In this document: piece after piece, positions 26,651-39,912 of the stretch | How the letters are laid out: every line of letters begins with the position of its first letter | Numbering within the stretch: the stretch's first letter is position 1 | DNA from: Octopus sinensis | Lineage: Eukaryota | Direction: 5' to 3' | NCBI RefSeq assembly: GCF_006345805.1 | Contig: NC_043005.1 | Span: 37,882,001 to 37,946,000 of the forward strand | DNA: 64,000 bases | Position numbers and translations under genes: made by a program | Notes under the pieces: model-generated | Told to the model about the DNA's origin: nothing | The model's database searches: none | The model's input: the letters and a program-made list of their open reading frames with translations, nothing else

Positions 26651-27444
26651 GATGTATTTTTTCCTCTTGTTTTTGCATTTATAAATACTATTTTTAAAAT
26701 CTGTAGTTAGTTGTGTGAAAGTGCATGGCCTATTGGTGAGGACATTGCACTCATGATTGCAAGGTTGTGGTTTCATTTCCCAGACTGGGTAGTTGACTAT
26801 ACTCCAGTCCACTCAGTAGTGAATAAGTAACCTTGCAATGAACCAGTGTCTTCTTCATTGGAAATATTATCACCTTGATCACTTACACACCATAGAAACA
26901 AGATAAGCAACCTCATGATGCCTAAGATGTGAGACAGTAATGTCCAGATAGTTGGTTGTGCTTACTTTAAAAGCAGCATTTTTATGAATCTTATCTACCC
27001 CAATAATTTCTCTTGCTGATATACCTATTTCTTTTACTACCCACATGGGGCTAAACACGGAGAAGACAGACAAGGACAGACAAACGGATTGAGTCAATTA
27101 TATTGACCCCAGTGTGTAACTTGTACTTATTTAATCGACCCCGAAAGGATGAAAGACAAAGTCGACCTCAGCGGAATTTGAACTCAGAATGTAGCAGCAA
27201 ACAAAATATTGCTAAGCATTTCACCCAGCGTGCTAACGATTCTGCCAGCTTGCCACCTTAAAGGACTCAAATACCTTGCTTCAAGAACCCTGCTTGCTTT
27301 ACACAGTGACAAACAATATCTTGTTAGAAAATGATAAAAATAAATTAGGTAAATTATATAGTTGCTGTAGCATGGTCTTAAATAAGTTGGCTGCAACAAA
27401 CTTAAGAATTGAAGAACTGAAGAAGATGTACTTGTGTGTGTGTG

Positions 27445-28187
27445 TGTATGTGTGTGTGTTTGTTTGTTTATATCAGTGTGTCTGTGTATGTGTGTCTGTA
27501 TGTGATATAATGATCATTTGCGATTATATCGATTTCTTTCATTTCAAAAATATAAAGAGCATGCAAATAAATAAAGTAGTAAATACACAATTGTTGCTTC
27601 TGCTGGTGATTTGGCTGTTATCAAACAAGTCATGCAGGAATGTGATATTAGCCGATCACGTATAATGGAAAAATAACCTCAAACTAACCTCAAACCAAAA
27701 TGGAACAGCTTATTTGAAATATAATGATAAAATTTACAATAACTGGCAAAGAAATGGAGCTGATGAAGTGCAGCACACACATACACACACACAGCCTATG
27801 TTTTGCTGTGTATATGTGTGTAATATCTGCGCATATATACACTGCTGCACACACACACAAACATACATAGAGGTAGGAAATCCTGAAATAAATACACATA
27901 CTCATATAAGCATTCAAATTCTCATATAAACATAATTGTGCATACCCACACATATACACATGCAGTTATATGTATATTATTATCGTATCATTATGATAAA
28001 TATATATCCATACATATATATACATAAATGTGCATATTTAAACATAAATACAAATATAAATGTATATATATATGTATATATATGTATATATATATAATAT
28101 ATATATATATATGTATATATATATAATATATATATTATATATATATATATATGTATATATATGTATATATATATGTATATAATATGT

Positions 28188-28253
<66 letters not shown>

Positions 28254-28997
28254 ATTGAGAGAGAAAATGCGGTTTACATAAAGATATATACACATATAGA
28301 TATATAGAGATTTGTATATGGAAATGTATGTGTGTGTGTTTGTTTGTTTATATCAGTGTGTCTGTGTATGTGTGTCTGTATGTGATATAATGATCATTTG
28401 CGATTATATCGATTTCTTTCATTTCAAAAATATAAAGAGCATGCAAATAAATAAAGTAGTAAATACACAATTGTTGCTTCTGCTGGTGATTTGGCTGTTA
28501 TCAAACAAGTCATGCAGGAATGTGATATTAGCCGATCACGTATAATGGAAAAATAACCTCAAACTAACCTCAAACCAAAATGGAACAGCTTATTTGAAAT
28601 ATAATGATAAAATTTACAATAACTGGCAAAGAAATGGAGCTGATGAAGTGCAGCACACACATACACACACACAGCCTATGTTTTGCTGTGTATATGTGTG
28701 TAATATCTGCGCATATATACACTGCTGCACACACACACAAACATACATAGAGGTAGGAAATCCTGAAATAAATACACATACTCATATAAGCATTCAAATT
28801 CTCATATAAACATAATTGTGCATACCCACACATATACACATGCAGTTATATGTATATTATTATCGTATCATTATGATAAATATATATCCATACATATATA
28901 TACATAAATGTGCATATTTAAACATAAATACAAATATAAATGTATATATATATGTATATATATGTATATATATATATATATTATATATATATATATA

Positions 28998-29047
<50 letters not shown>

Positions 29048-29086
29048 GTATATATATATGTATATATATATGTATATGTATATATA

Positions 29087-29143
<57 letters not shown>

Positions 29144-29229
29144 GTATATTGAGAGAGAAAATGCGGTTTACATAAAGATATATACACATATAGATATATA
29201 GAGATTTGTATATGTAAATGTATGTGTGT
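27445..29229. repeat. Near-identical 880-bp tandem duplication
   Basis: ORFs 27690-27959/28570-28839 and 27714-27929/28594-28809 are identical at an offset of 880. The main visible difference is in the (TA)n tract. Confidence 0.95.
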
Positions 29230-29261
29230 GTGCGTGTGTGTGTGCATGCCTAAATCCTAAT

Positions 29262-29390
29262 CTCAGCCAATCAGCTGAAGACATCCTCTACAGTGTTATC
29301 CAATCAGTTGATTACAGGCCTTTCTATCTCCGGCAATCAACTTTTATTATATACTGCAAGGCTGCACCAATCAGTGCAAAGGGGTTTAAA
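29262..29390 (+). promoter_or_regulatory. Cluster of four phased CCAAT (NF-Y-type) boxes followed by TTTAAA; candidate promoter
   Basis: AGCCAATCAGC (CCAAT at 29267), ATCCAATCAGT (29300), CGGCAATCAAC (29333, degenerate) and CACCAATCAGT (29367), spaced 33, 33 and 34 bp. TTTAAA at 29385-29390. CpGs are retained downstream. Confidence 0.5.
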
Positions 29391-29525
29391 CGAACTCTTA
29401 ATATCCGTCTTGTGTGTCACACAATCTGAATTATAGCATCTGCGTTGAGTCTTTTTGTGTTCGCTCTCGCAAAGCAAAGATAAAAGACTGCTATGTACAC
29501 ATATAATAATAGTGCACTCACATAT

Positions 29526-29567
<42 letters not shown>

Positions 29568-29973
29568 CATCATGTGCATACACACACAAAAAGTTGGTAT
29601 AGACAGATCAGTTTAATAATTATGAAGGCAGTACATAGAGATTTACCAGGAAACATTACTTCGTTAAATAGTTGATTGATTAGAGTTACCGTGTATATTA
29701 TTAATATTTATTCTCGATTGTCGTATGTTTATTATTTTTTTTTTGGTTATGTATGTGTGTATCTATGTGCATGTGGTTCTGTGTATGTGCATGTGTGTAT
29801 GTCATAGATATATATATTTTATGCATGTACCTACACACTTAAGTGCACATGTATGAATATGTATGCACAGATATATATATATATATATACATGTATGTGT
29901 ATATACATATGTATATGTATGTATGTATATATATATATATGTATTTATATATAAATATATATGTGTGTGTGTG

Positions 29974-30021
<48 letters not shown>

Positions 30022-31278
30022 CACACATGACTATATTTATTGACACATACACAAATACAGATATTTTACAGCATTAAATTCCAAGGTTTCGCTCTCCAGA
30101 TTTACCATGTGCCAACATTGGCCACTTCTGATTGCTTCATTCTTTTAATCAACATTTTTGCCACATCCTTAACAAGAGAATCAGCCATTCTGTGCTACCA
30201 TAGAATTACTGAGCAAATGATACGTGTTACTAGAAATTTCGGTTTATCCTTCTTATGAAGTCAAGATTTCCATCTCTATGTAATATGAGCAATAAGGAAA
30301 AAATAACAGATGAAGAGATGTGTAACATTCCTCTAACTTTTATTTTCCTTTGGATTTATTCATAAAATTATAAATGAGGCTTTCTAAAATAAATTCTCAT
30401 TCAAAGGGATATGGTTTGTCAACCAGTTACTAATTTCTTTCGCTCAGCTTTCAAATATACATTTGTGAAGAATTAACATGTAAGATTTTTATCATTAAAT
30501 GCGACAAGTTATTCCTACTGTGATGAAAATCAGGATGATTGTACACCTCTTCTCTGCTACTGTTGCCTCCTCCTGTTTCATTTGAATATTAAAAGCAGTT
30601 TTCTTTTTCCTGCTTATAATGTTCAAATGTAACAACCTGATAAATGGTGTAAAATCACAGTTCTAACTATCATTGACAATATGTAGTAACATTTGTACAC
30701 ATCACCTAATTTACTATAAAACTTGTGCTGCCTCTATACAAAGTGGTGCCAAATGAATCTTCACCTTAAGAATTGTAGATATTAATTTCAATAATTTTTA
30801 ATATTTAGTTCCATATGTACCTATCACGGATAATGTCGTTCCGTGATGATTGGGTTGCTTGAGGGTGATTCTGTCTCTTAAACCTATCTATATATATGTA
30901 TATAAAACAGTGAGTAATTCATTTTAGCACTACTAAATTGAACTTCTCTTCCCCGTGGACTCGGAAATAACTTCCGTAATATTAATACACACACACACAT
31001 ATACATATATATATACCCGTACATATGTCTATGTATGTATATATGTATATTTATACATATATATATGTATATATACATATATGTATATATGTCATCATCA
31101 TCATCCTCATCATCATTTAACGTCCGCTTTCCATGCTAGCATGGGTTGGACGGTTCAACTTGGGTCTGGGGAGCCCGAAGACTGCACCAGGCCAGTCAGA
31201 TCTGGCAGTGTTTCTACAGCTGGATGCCCTTCCAAACGTATATATACATACATGTATGTATGTATGTATGTATGTATG

Positions 31279-31324
<46 letters not shown>

Positions 31325-31500
31325 ATCAAACATGAACAAAGAGAAAACACAACAAAGCGAGGATGTGGATCAAGTATAGTGTTATTGGACATTCAGGAAA
31401 GGAAAGAAAGAAGGAGGATTTAACATTTCAGGCAGACCACTTCATCAGAAACATAGAAAAATGAAAGGTCCAAGGAAGGGAAGATGGAGAAAGAAAATTT
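31325..31500 (-). mobile_element. PLE pseudo-LTR remnant with decayed hammerhead (31419-31451)
   Basis: Minus strand UUU CUGAUGA A guggucugccu GAA AUGU U AAA: canonical core, stem III ACGU decayed to AUGU, stem II eroded. Confidence 0.5.
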
Positions 31501-32030
31501 TGTTGACAAGCTAGATTCCTTAAATCCCTTTCTATTCACTTCAACAGAATCAATTTTTAATAAAAGTACATTGTAAGTGTTGCCAGCACTGACAGAAATA
31601 ATATTAATCATTGATTACTGTATTGTCTCTCCCACTCCGAGCCATATAATTATAGCTAATAAATTTTTTAATATACCCCTGCATGATTCTTTCACAAGTA
31701 TTGGTCCCTTCGTTGCTGGGATATTGCTTTGAAAAGTTTTATTCAATGATATTGACCCTATTTTCAAGTAGGTAATAACACTTTAGTAAATTAACTTTGT
31801 AATTGTGCTTATATTAAAAGATGGATAAGTGTAGGCATGGTTATATCACATGATCTTGGATTCGGTCCCACTGTAAGCATTTCAGGCATGTGTATTCATA
31901 TGGGATTTGTCCATGACTTTCAGGTGTTTTAACACCCAGCATCACTCAGAGAGAGTTTTCTCTATTATGTCAAATTTCAGCCTACAAGCAAATACACAAA
32001 GCTTATATGTTAAGTATGTGTGGTTGATAA

Positions 32031-32094
<64 letters not shown>

Positions 32095-32096
<2 letters not shown>

Positions 32097-32491
32097 GAGT
32101 GGCTGTGTGGTAAGTAGCATGTTTACCAACCACATGGTTCCGGGTTCAGTGCCACTGCATGGCAACTTGGGAAAGTGTCTTCTACTATAGCCTTGGGTTG
32201 ACCAGAGCCTTGTGAGTGGATTTGGTAGACGGAAACTGAAAGAAACCTGCTGTATATATGTATATATGTGTGTGTATATGTTTGTGTGTCTGTGATTGTC
32301 CCCCAACATCGCTTGACAACAGATACTGGTGTGTTTACGTCACCATAACTTAGCAGTTCGGCAAAAGAGACCAATAGAATAAGTACTAGGCTTACAAAGA
32401 ATAAATCCTAGAGTCAATTTGCTTGACTAAAGGTGGTGCTCCAGCATGGCCACAGCCAAATGACTGAAACAAGTAAAAGAGTAAAAGAGTA
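32095..32491 (+). mobile_element. Full-length ~400-bp tRNA-derived SINE (family A) with internal microsatellite
   Basis: AGGAGTGGCTGTGTGGTAAG (A box), GGTTCAGTGCC (B box), CTTGGGAAAGTGTCTTCTACTATAGCC...GGAAACTGAAAGAA, internal TA/TG tract, 3' end GACTGAAACAAGTAAAAGAGTAAAAGAG. Confidence 0.88.
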
Positions 32492-33365
32492 TATATATAT
32501 ATATATGTATGTATGTATGAAAAGTTTCTTCAGTTTCCATCAGGTAAATCTGCTGTCAAGACTTTGATTGGCCTGGGGCAATTGTAGTAGACACCTACCT
32601 ATGGCATCACAAGGTGGAACTGAACTCAAAACCATGTGGTCAGAAAGTAATCTTCATAACCACACAGCTACACCTGCTTTTATAGTTTAGAAAAGTATCC
32701 CATTAATAGATGTTTGTCAAGATCTACCAATCTTCACACTGCAGTGTAACAAGATGTCTATGTAACATTGTGTCGACTATGACATAAACCACAAAAGACG
32801 GTAATATCTAGAATAAAAGACATGGACCCCTCAGAGAATTGGACTGTTATTGAAGATATTCTATTGGAAAGATGACATGAAAATAGGTTGTCAGACATAT
32901 TTTATTGTCTTCTCTAGAAGAACGGTAAGATGTATCTCCAGAAGCCATGTTTCATTCCCCCATCCTTGCCATATTTAATAAGCAAGCATAATATGTAATA
33001 TCATATTTTGCAATGTATCGCAGTTTTATGGTAGTTTATAGTTTCTATGACTAAAATATTTTAGGAGTGCCAATATTTTCTGGTACTGAAATTTCTGTGA
33101 AGTTGGCATTATTCATGGGTGCAAGGAAAGCTATGTGGTTAGCACATTCACGTCACAAACAATTCGTTCCAGGTTCAATTCCATTGAGTATTTCCTTAGG
33201 CAAATGTCTTGGATCATAGATGTATGTCAATGAATGCTTTGTGAATGAATAATATTTGGTGATTAGATTAGTAGTGTGTGCATGTGTGTGTGTGTTTTTG
33301 TATAAGCATGTGCATTAAAAGGATCAACAGTCCTTCCTGACCCAGATTCTGTAGTGTATACATAC

Positions 33366-33410
<45 letters not shown>

Positions 33411-34127
33411 CCACTGGACGGGAAGTCAGGTTATCATAGAATTGCTCACATTTGCCAGCTGAGTAAAATGGAGCCATGTGAAATGAAGTGTTTTGCTCAA
33501 GAGCACAACATATTGGCTGGACCAGGATTCAAAACCACAATCTTATATTTGTGAGTGTAACACCCTGACCACTAAGCCACACACTTCCATAAGCATATAC
33601 ATACATGAGAGAGAGAGAGAGGACTGCCAGAGAAGACAGTGGAGCCTGTGGCGGTCTTCAACCCCATCAGATACTGTCAAGCCATCCAACCCATATCAGC
33701 ATAAAACACGAACATTAAATGAGGATTATGATGATGATAATGAATATACTTTTATAATATTTTCTTGGTGAAGTATATTACTTTTACTGAGCTAGAGATG
33801 ACTCACCATTTGATGAATAAAATCAATGCTACAGAGACCATGTCTCCAGTATGTCTTCAGTATTTTCATAGTTTAAACAAAATATATAATTAACTTCTCA
33901 GGAAAACATTACAAAAATCTATGAAATTAGAAATGTAAATGAAATATACTGAAATTCATGAGACTTAGCGAGTGCGTAAAGTATTTATGCAATTATTATA
34001 TAACCCATTTGGTTTGACATCTTGTATTTAAAAAAATATTTAATAAAATGTTTTCTTTTAGTCAGGATATCAATAGATACTAGTCAGCAGTATTTGCACT
34101 TAAATATTTTTGTTTTAGGAACTAAAT

Positions 34128-34167
<40 letters not shown>

Positions 34168-34399
34168 ACACACATCCACATACAGAGACAGACAGACAGA
34201 CAGACAGGCAGTCAGATAGATATGGATAAGTAATGAGTGAAGAATGGATTAGTTCCTGCCCGTTACATATATTGCATGATCTACAACTGTTTCAACAACA
34301 AGCAGATGACAATCTTACATTTTGTATATAAACACGGATGAGGAAAATGATTTTGTCATTCCTTTTATGTAATGTATAGTATATAAATATGTTCTGCAG

Positions 34400-34440
<41 letters not shown>

Positions 34441-34443
<3 letters not shown>

Positions 34444-34562
34444 CCATCTGTGGACATTGCTCATGGACCTGCTTTGCCATATCGGACTTGTCAGTCATGA
34501 GCGTGCATGCACGCGATGTGGACAGCCTTCCTGATCTTAGTTCGCGAAGCAGAGCCATGATG
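34441..34562 (+). mobile_element. Extreme 3' end of an RTE/BovB-like LINE (C-terminal Zn-finger-like motif)
   Basis: With one 1-bp deletion it reads ICGHCSWTCF-HIGLVSHERACTRCGQPS*, followed by TCTTAGTTCGCGAAGCAGAGCCATGATGAT. Confidence 0.6.
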
Positions 34563-35028
34563 ATATATATATACATGCACACACACACACACATACACAC
34601 ACACACACTTACTAACATACACAATATATATTTTATCTTTTACTTGTTTTAGCCATTAGACTGCAGCTATACTAGGGCACCATCTTGAAGAAGCTTTAGC
34701 CAAATGAATTAACCCCATTACTTATTTTCTTTTTTTAAACCTGGCACTTATTCTGTCGGTCTCATTTGCTGAACTGCTAGGTTACAGGGTCGTGAACACA
34801 CCAACGCCAATTGTCAAGTTATGATCAAAGACAAACACAGGCATAAAAACTTACACACACACATACATATTTTCGTGTGTTGACACATATCAAACTTTTG
34901 ATAAGTGCCAATGCATGAAATTCTTGAACTTTGAGTTACTCTGTTGGTTTGGCTAAATATTAATGAAAATATATATATATTAATATTTTGAGTTTGATTT
35001 TTCCTGTTTGCACCAACATGCCTATATA

Positions 35029-35093
<65 letters not shown>

Positions 35094-35237
35094 TACGGAG
35101 ATGTACTTGCATAGCAAGTGTGATTTGATCTGAGATCATGGGCTGAAACGAAAACAATTGCTGCGTGGAAGGTGTTTGAAAACACCTTTTAAGAAACACA
35201 CAAAAGCCGTTCGATTCACTTCAACATTTAAGTTTAA

Positions 35238-35288
35238 TTTGTCAAAATATTTTCGTCGCTTTAAGACCGCGACCTGTTCACTGACAAA
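35238..35288 (-). ncRNA. Putative variant minimal hammerhead (G3-C8, U17), left inverted copy
   Basis: Reverse complement reads UUUGUCA GUGAACA G GUCGC ggucuuaaa GCGAC GAA AAUAUU U UGACAAA. Within the motif it differs from the right copy only in loop II. Confidence 0.5.
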
Positions 35289-35315
35289 AATCCGTGCTGC
35301 ATCTCAGCACGAATT

Positions 35316-35365
35316 TTTGTCAGTGAACAGGTCGCGGATTTTAGCGACGAAAATATTTTGACAAA
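35316..35365 (+). ncRNA. Putative variant minimal hammerhead (G3-C8, U17), right copy
   Basis: UUUGUCA GUGAACA G GUCGC ggauuuua GCGAC GAA AAUAUU U UGACAAA: 7-bp stem I, 5-bp stem II, GAA, palindromic stem III. The core GUGAACA is CUGANGA with C3/G8 swapped to G3/C8. Confidence 0.5.
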
Positions 35366-38300
35366 TTAAACTTAAAAGTTGAAGTGAATCGATCGGCTTT
35401 TGTGTGTTTCTTAAATAGCATACAAATACCTTCCACGCTGCAATTGTTATATATAAATACATATATATATATATATATATTTATATGTGTGTATATATAT
35501 ATGTATATAAATATATATATATGATGGGTTTCTTTCAGTTTCCATTCACCAAATCTACTCACAAGGCTTTGGTTGATCTGAGGCGAGGCTATAGTAGAAG
35601 TCACTTACTGAATGAAGGTGGATTTGGTTGCCTTGTGAGTGGATTTGGTAGACGGAAACTGAAAGAAACCCGGGTTTGATCAGCCCAGGATTATAGTAGG
35701 AGACACATGCCCAAGGTGCCACACAGTGGGACTGAACCCAAAGTAGTATAGCTGGAAAGCAAGCTTCTTACCATTTGCAGTGATCATGATCATGTCTTTA
35801 GAGAAAGTCTGATCTCACACACCATTCTTTCTGAAATATTAATTATTTTGTTTCTATATTTCTTTTGAAATGCACTACCTTTGTTTCAATTAATTTCAAA
35901 CTAAATGAAGAATTAAAATAACTTTATCATTATTAATTTGGTTTTGGAACATAAATTAACATGATATTTTAATGGAAGCTTTTAATTCACGTCACTTTAA
36001 AACAAGAAGATTGTAACATCGAACTAGGGCAGTCTCAAGTGACTTGGTATCAACCTTTCTGTTACCATATTTCTGTTGAAATAAAACTGCCTTTCTTTCA
36101 ATTGTTTTTAAAATATGAAGAATTTAGTAAAATAATTTTGTCATTAAGTCGGTATTTCGGACATAAATTAATACCTAAAAGTTTTAAGTGAGGTCACGTT
36201 AAAGTATGAAGTTTCTGTCATGAAACTGAAGGCAGTTTCAGACAGCTTAATATCAAAAGGGTTACGCAAGCTCCTTTATTGAAACAAAAATATAATTTAG
36301 TCCAGTCAGCCTAAATCTGGTCCAGTATGTGTGTGTGTGTGTATTTCTGTGTATGGGTGCTTATTATATCAAGAAGTGACCGTGAACTCAGAGTTTCACT
36401 CCAAGCTTGCTGTTCACGACTCTGATGCCATCAAAAATTTCCTAGTCCTGAGTAAAACTCTGAGTAGACTGTTAACATTTGTTATAACAAACACATCTAC
36501 CCATTCTACCTAGCTTACTGAGTTTCTGCATCAGAAAAATCATTGGAGCTTTGGACAAAATACTAACTTCTTCCAGCACTTTACCTTCTGAGTTCAAGTT
36601 CCACCAAGGTTCACTTTGTCTGACATTTTTTGGGGAGTTGATAAAATAAATATAATTTGAACAGTGGGGTTGATGTAATTACTTAATCTCCTTCAACTAA
36701 CATTGCTGGCATTGAGCCTAATTTTGAAACCATTATTATTATCACTATCATTATCATTATTGCTGCCATAGTACCTTAAAAACACAACTTCTAATTCAGT
36801 CACTAAGTTTAGCCAAGTTTAGCTTAGATGGATTAGATGGATGATCACATGGAAACCTAGGTGCCATAAGCAAAAACCTTTAAAACGCAGCAATAATGTT
36901 AACTTATTGATACGTCTTCTAGCTTTGCTTTCTGAATTCAAATTCCACCAAAGTTGACTTTGCCTTTTAGGGATGATAAAATAAATACCAGTTGAGCACT
37001 TTGGCTGATATATTCAACTAACTACCTTGCCCCAAAATTTCAAGCCTTATGCCTACAGTAGAAAGAAAGGCTTGGCTGTCTGGTACAAAGTTTGTTTTCA
37101 AACTGCATGGTTCCAGCTTCAGTCCCATAGCATGGCACCTTGGACAAATATTTTCTTCTACAGCCTTGGCTCAATCAAATCCTTGTGAGTGGATGGAAAC
37201 TGAAAGAAGCCTGATATATATATGTATATGTGTGTGGGTGCACATGTGTATGTGTCTGTGTATGTGCATGTGTGTATATGTCTTTGTGCTCGTCCCCCAT
37301 CAATGCTTGGCAACCAGTGCTGGTTCATTTAGATACCAGTAACTTAATGGTTTGGCATAAGAGACTGACGGAATACATGGCAGGCTTTAAAAACTAATTA
37401 CTGGGGTTGATTTGTTCACCTGAAACCCTTGAAGGTGCTGCCCCAGCATGACCAAAGTCCAACGACTGAGATTAGTATAAGATAAAATATTTTGATTCTA
37501 TAATGTTTATTCTGTTTTCTTGCGCAACAACTGCTGAAGAAGACTTATACCAATCGGAATGAAAAAATTTTAAAACAAAATCTTTCGCATGTTCATTTGT
37601 ATTTCCTCTGGATAATTATTTGCTCAAAAGTTGGAAAGACAACAAAAACAAACAAAAATACAGTTGACTAAAATCAATTTTAAAATAAAATGTATGAAAA
37701 CATGAGCAAAAAATAAAACAAAACAAAACAGCAGCATGTGTTTCGTGGTTGAAAATTTATAAAGAGACAAGCATTATTTTACTTAGATGTGAATGATTTC
37801 AATTTTAGAGATTCTCCGTATTTCATATCATCACGTTATCTGTGCCCAGTTTCCTGTTCTTCTTTTGATATCTCGCTGTCTCACATGAAATCTGCTTTCA
37901 AATGCTAATTCACACTTTCAAGTCCAAAGCTGCTCTGACAGCTCGATATAATGGCTACAGTATAGCTTCATATAACTTATTCGGTCTGCAAATCTAGTTG
38001 ACAATGTGTTAACCCTTTCATCTTCCCAATTACTGGCAGCACTGTATCGTCATATAATGGTCGCTACATATAACTCTTCGAACGCTAACTTTCTCTTGCC
38101 AGTATTTTAATGCTTTCACAGTTACAATTACTATTAACACTGTGACTATTACTCATATCTTCAGCCAACATTTCTAATTGCACATGTGGGTTGTTGGTCT
38201 GTTATTTCTCTCAAACCCACAACTATTGGTAGCACTACACAATTTAATGGCTAATAAATTCCATTCTAACTGTAAATCCTAAACCAAATTCCATAATCCT

Positions 38301-39912
38301 TTCACGTCTTCTGCATAAATTAATAACCTTACCTAATGGTCACTACATATAACTGTTCTAAGCTGTTGATCCTATTGTCAGTTAGTTAACTTTTTCCATG
38401 ATCACAGCAGCTGGCAGCCCTATATAATTGCTACTACATATAACTAACCTAACTATGAATTCTATTATCAAAGTGCTAACCCTTTTCAGAACCATGTCTG
38501 ATAGGAAAACTCATAATGGCTACTGGACATAACCATTCCAGCTGTGAAAAAAAAAAAAAAAAAAAAAAAATTTTGTTTTGCTGGATTAAAGTGAAGTGGG
38601 TAGATATAAACATTTATCAAAAGCAAAGAGATCTATGCTCTAGCTATTTTCACATGATTTTACTACAGGAGATGATGACGACTTTTTGGGTGTTACCAGC
38701 TGCTCTGTCCACATGAAAATAACTGATGTATAAACATTGTTACGTCCACGCACTTTAGTTTGGAAAATGGCTTCACTTAATGCTGCATTGATTCGTAAAT
38801 TGATTTGTGTCAGCTTGTTCTCTCATTATAGTTGTAGCTGTTGTTGTTGTTGTTTGTATTTGTAATGTTGTTGTTCTTGCTGCTGCAGTTTTATGCTTTT
38901 CTTTCTTTCTTATGTCCTGTCATTGATGTTTTTTTTTTCTTTTTAAAGATTTTATTGTTGTCCTGATTGATTTTATTGTTGTTTTTTTATGTTAATTGTT
39001 TGTTTGTCTATTTATGTTTGCATGTGAATGTGCTTGAGACTGTGTGTGTACACTTGTGCATGTGTGTGTGTGTGTGTGTGTGTGCACTTGTTCATGTGTG
39101 TGTTTGCTTCTGCGTGTGTGATCCTTTGCTGTCCATGTTTGATGTTTGGGATATGAATTGCTGTGATTATTCTCACTAAAGTTTCTATTTCTGCCAGTGT
39201 TATTGATGTAAACGATGTTGTTGCAGTTGATGTTGTTTGTGCAGCCTGTGTGTAACCGTTGTTTCTTGTCTACTCCTTTCTTCTCTAATGTTTATAGAAA
39301 CTTATTGCGCTATTTTTTATTGATGTTTCTCCCATCGTTGTTGTTATTGTTACCCTTGATGTTGCTGCTGTTATTCTTGTTGTCATGAAATGTAACATGT
39401 TGATAAAAATGGTTAAGCACCATTCTCAATGACTTACCCTGTTTATTTCTGTCTGTCTCCATTTTCACTTGGAATTCTCTTTCTGTGAGAATTCCTACAG
39501 TTTCATTTCACTAGAGTTAAAGCCACACAACATCTAATGATAAACATCGTAGAACCAAAACTTTGAATCTTGGTATTGTGTGCAGAGAAGACAGAAAGCC
39601 TTACGGTTATTGCTAACAGTCATCTTTGTGGTTGATACAATAGCCATGTCAACTGTTGTTGTTGTCATCGTTATCACTGACGTCATCATCATCATCATTG
39701 ACGTCATCATCATTGATGTCATCATCATCATCGACGTTATCGTCATCATCAGTGATGTCATCGTCATCACTACCATCACCTCCGCTGCTTAGCCCTGCTT
39801 GAGTAAACCCATGATCAGAGCCAATATAACCATGACCATCCATTCTTTTCAGCTTTAGATTATCTCAAACTAAATTATTCAGTATTCCCTTTTTTATATA
39901 AAAAAAAATATA

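Larger units (their letters stand above)
35092..35448. repeat. Pseudo-LTR-like element arranged as a ~145-bp imperfect inverted repeat
   Basis: Left arm AACAATTGCTGCGTGGAAGG...AAAATCCGTGCTG (about 35153-35299) and right arm CAGCACGAATTTT...CCTTCCACGCTGCAATTGTT (35305-35448) with a ~5-nt loop. CpGs are well preserved. Confidence 0.9.

Noticed and set aside
27758-27780. CTGATGAAGTGCAGCAC (also in the duplicate copy)
   Set aside because: A core-like heptamer with no downstream GAAA or stem III.
30823-30848. 8-bp GC-containing hairpin ATCACGGA...TCCGTGAT (Helitron 3' end?)
   Set aside because: No CTRR terminus at the expected distance.
34890-34935. Possible decayed hammerhead (TGATAAG-TGC-CAAT-GCA-TGAAA); similar traces at about 48430-48475(-) and 58400-58440(-)
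   Set aside because: Too many changes are needed to restore the core and stems, so they were not counted among the HHR motifs.
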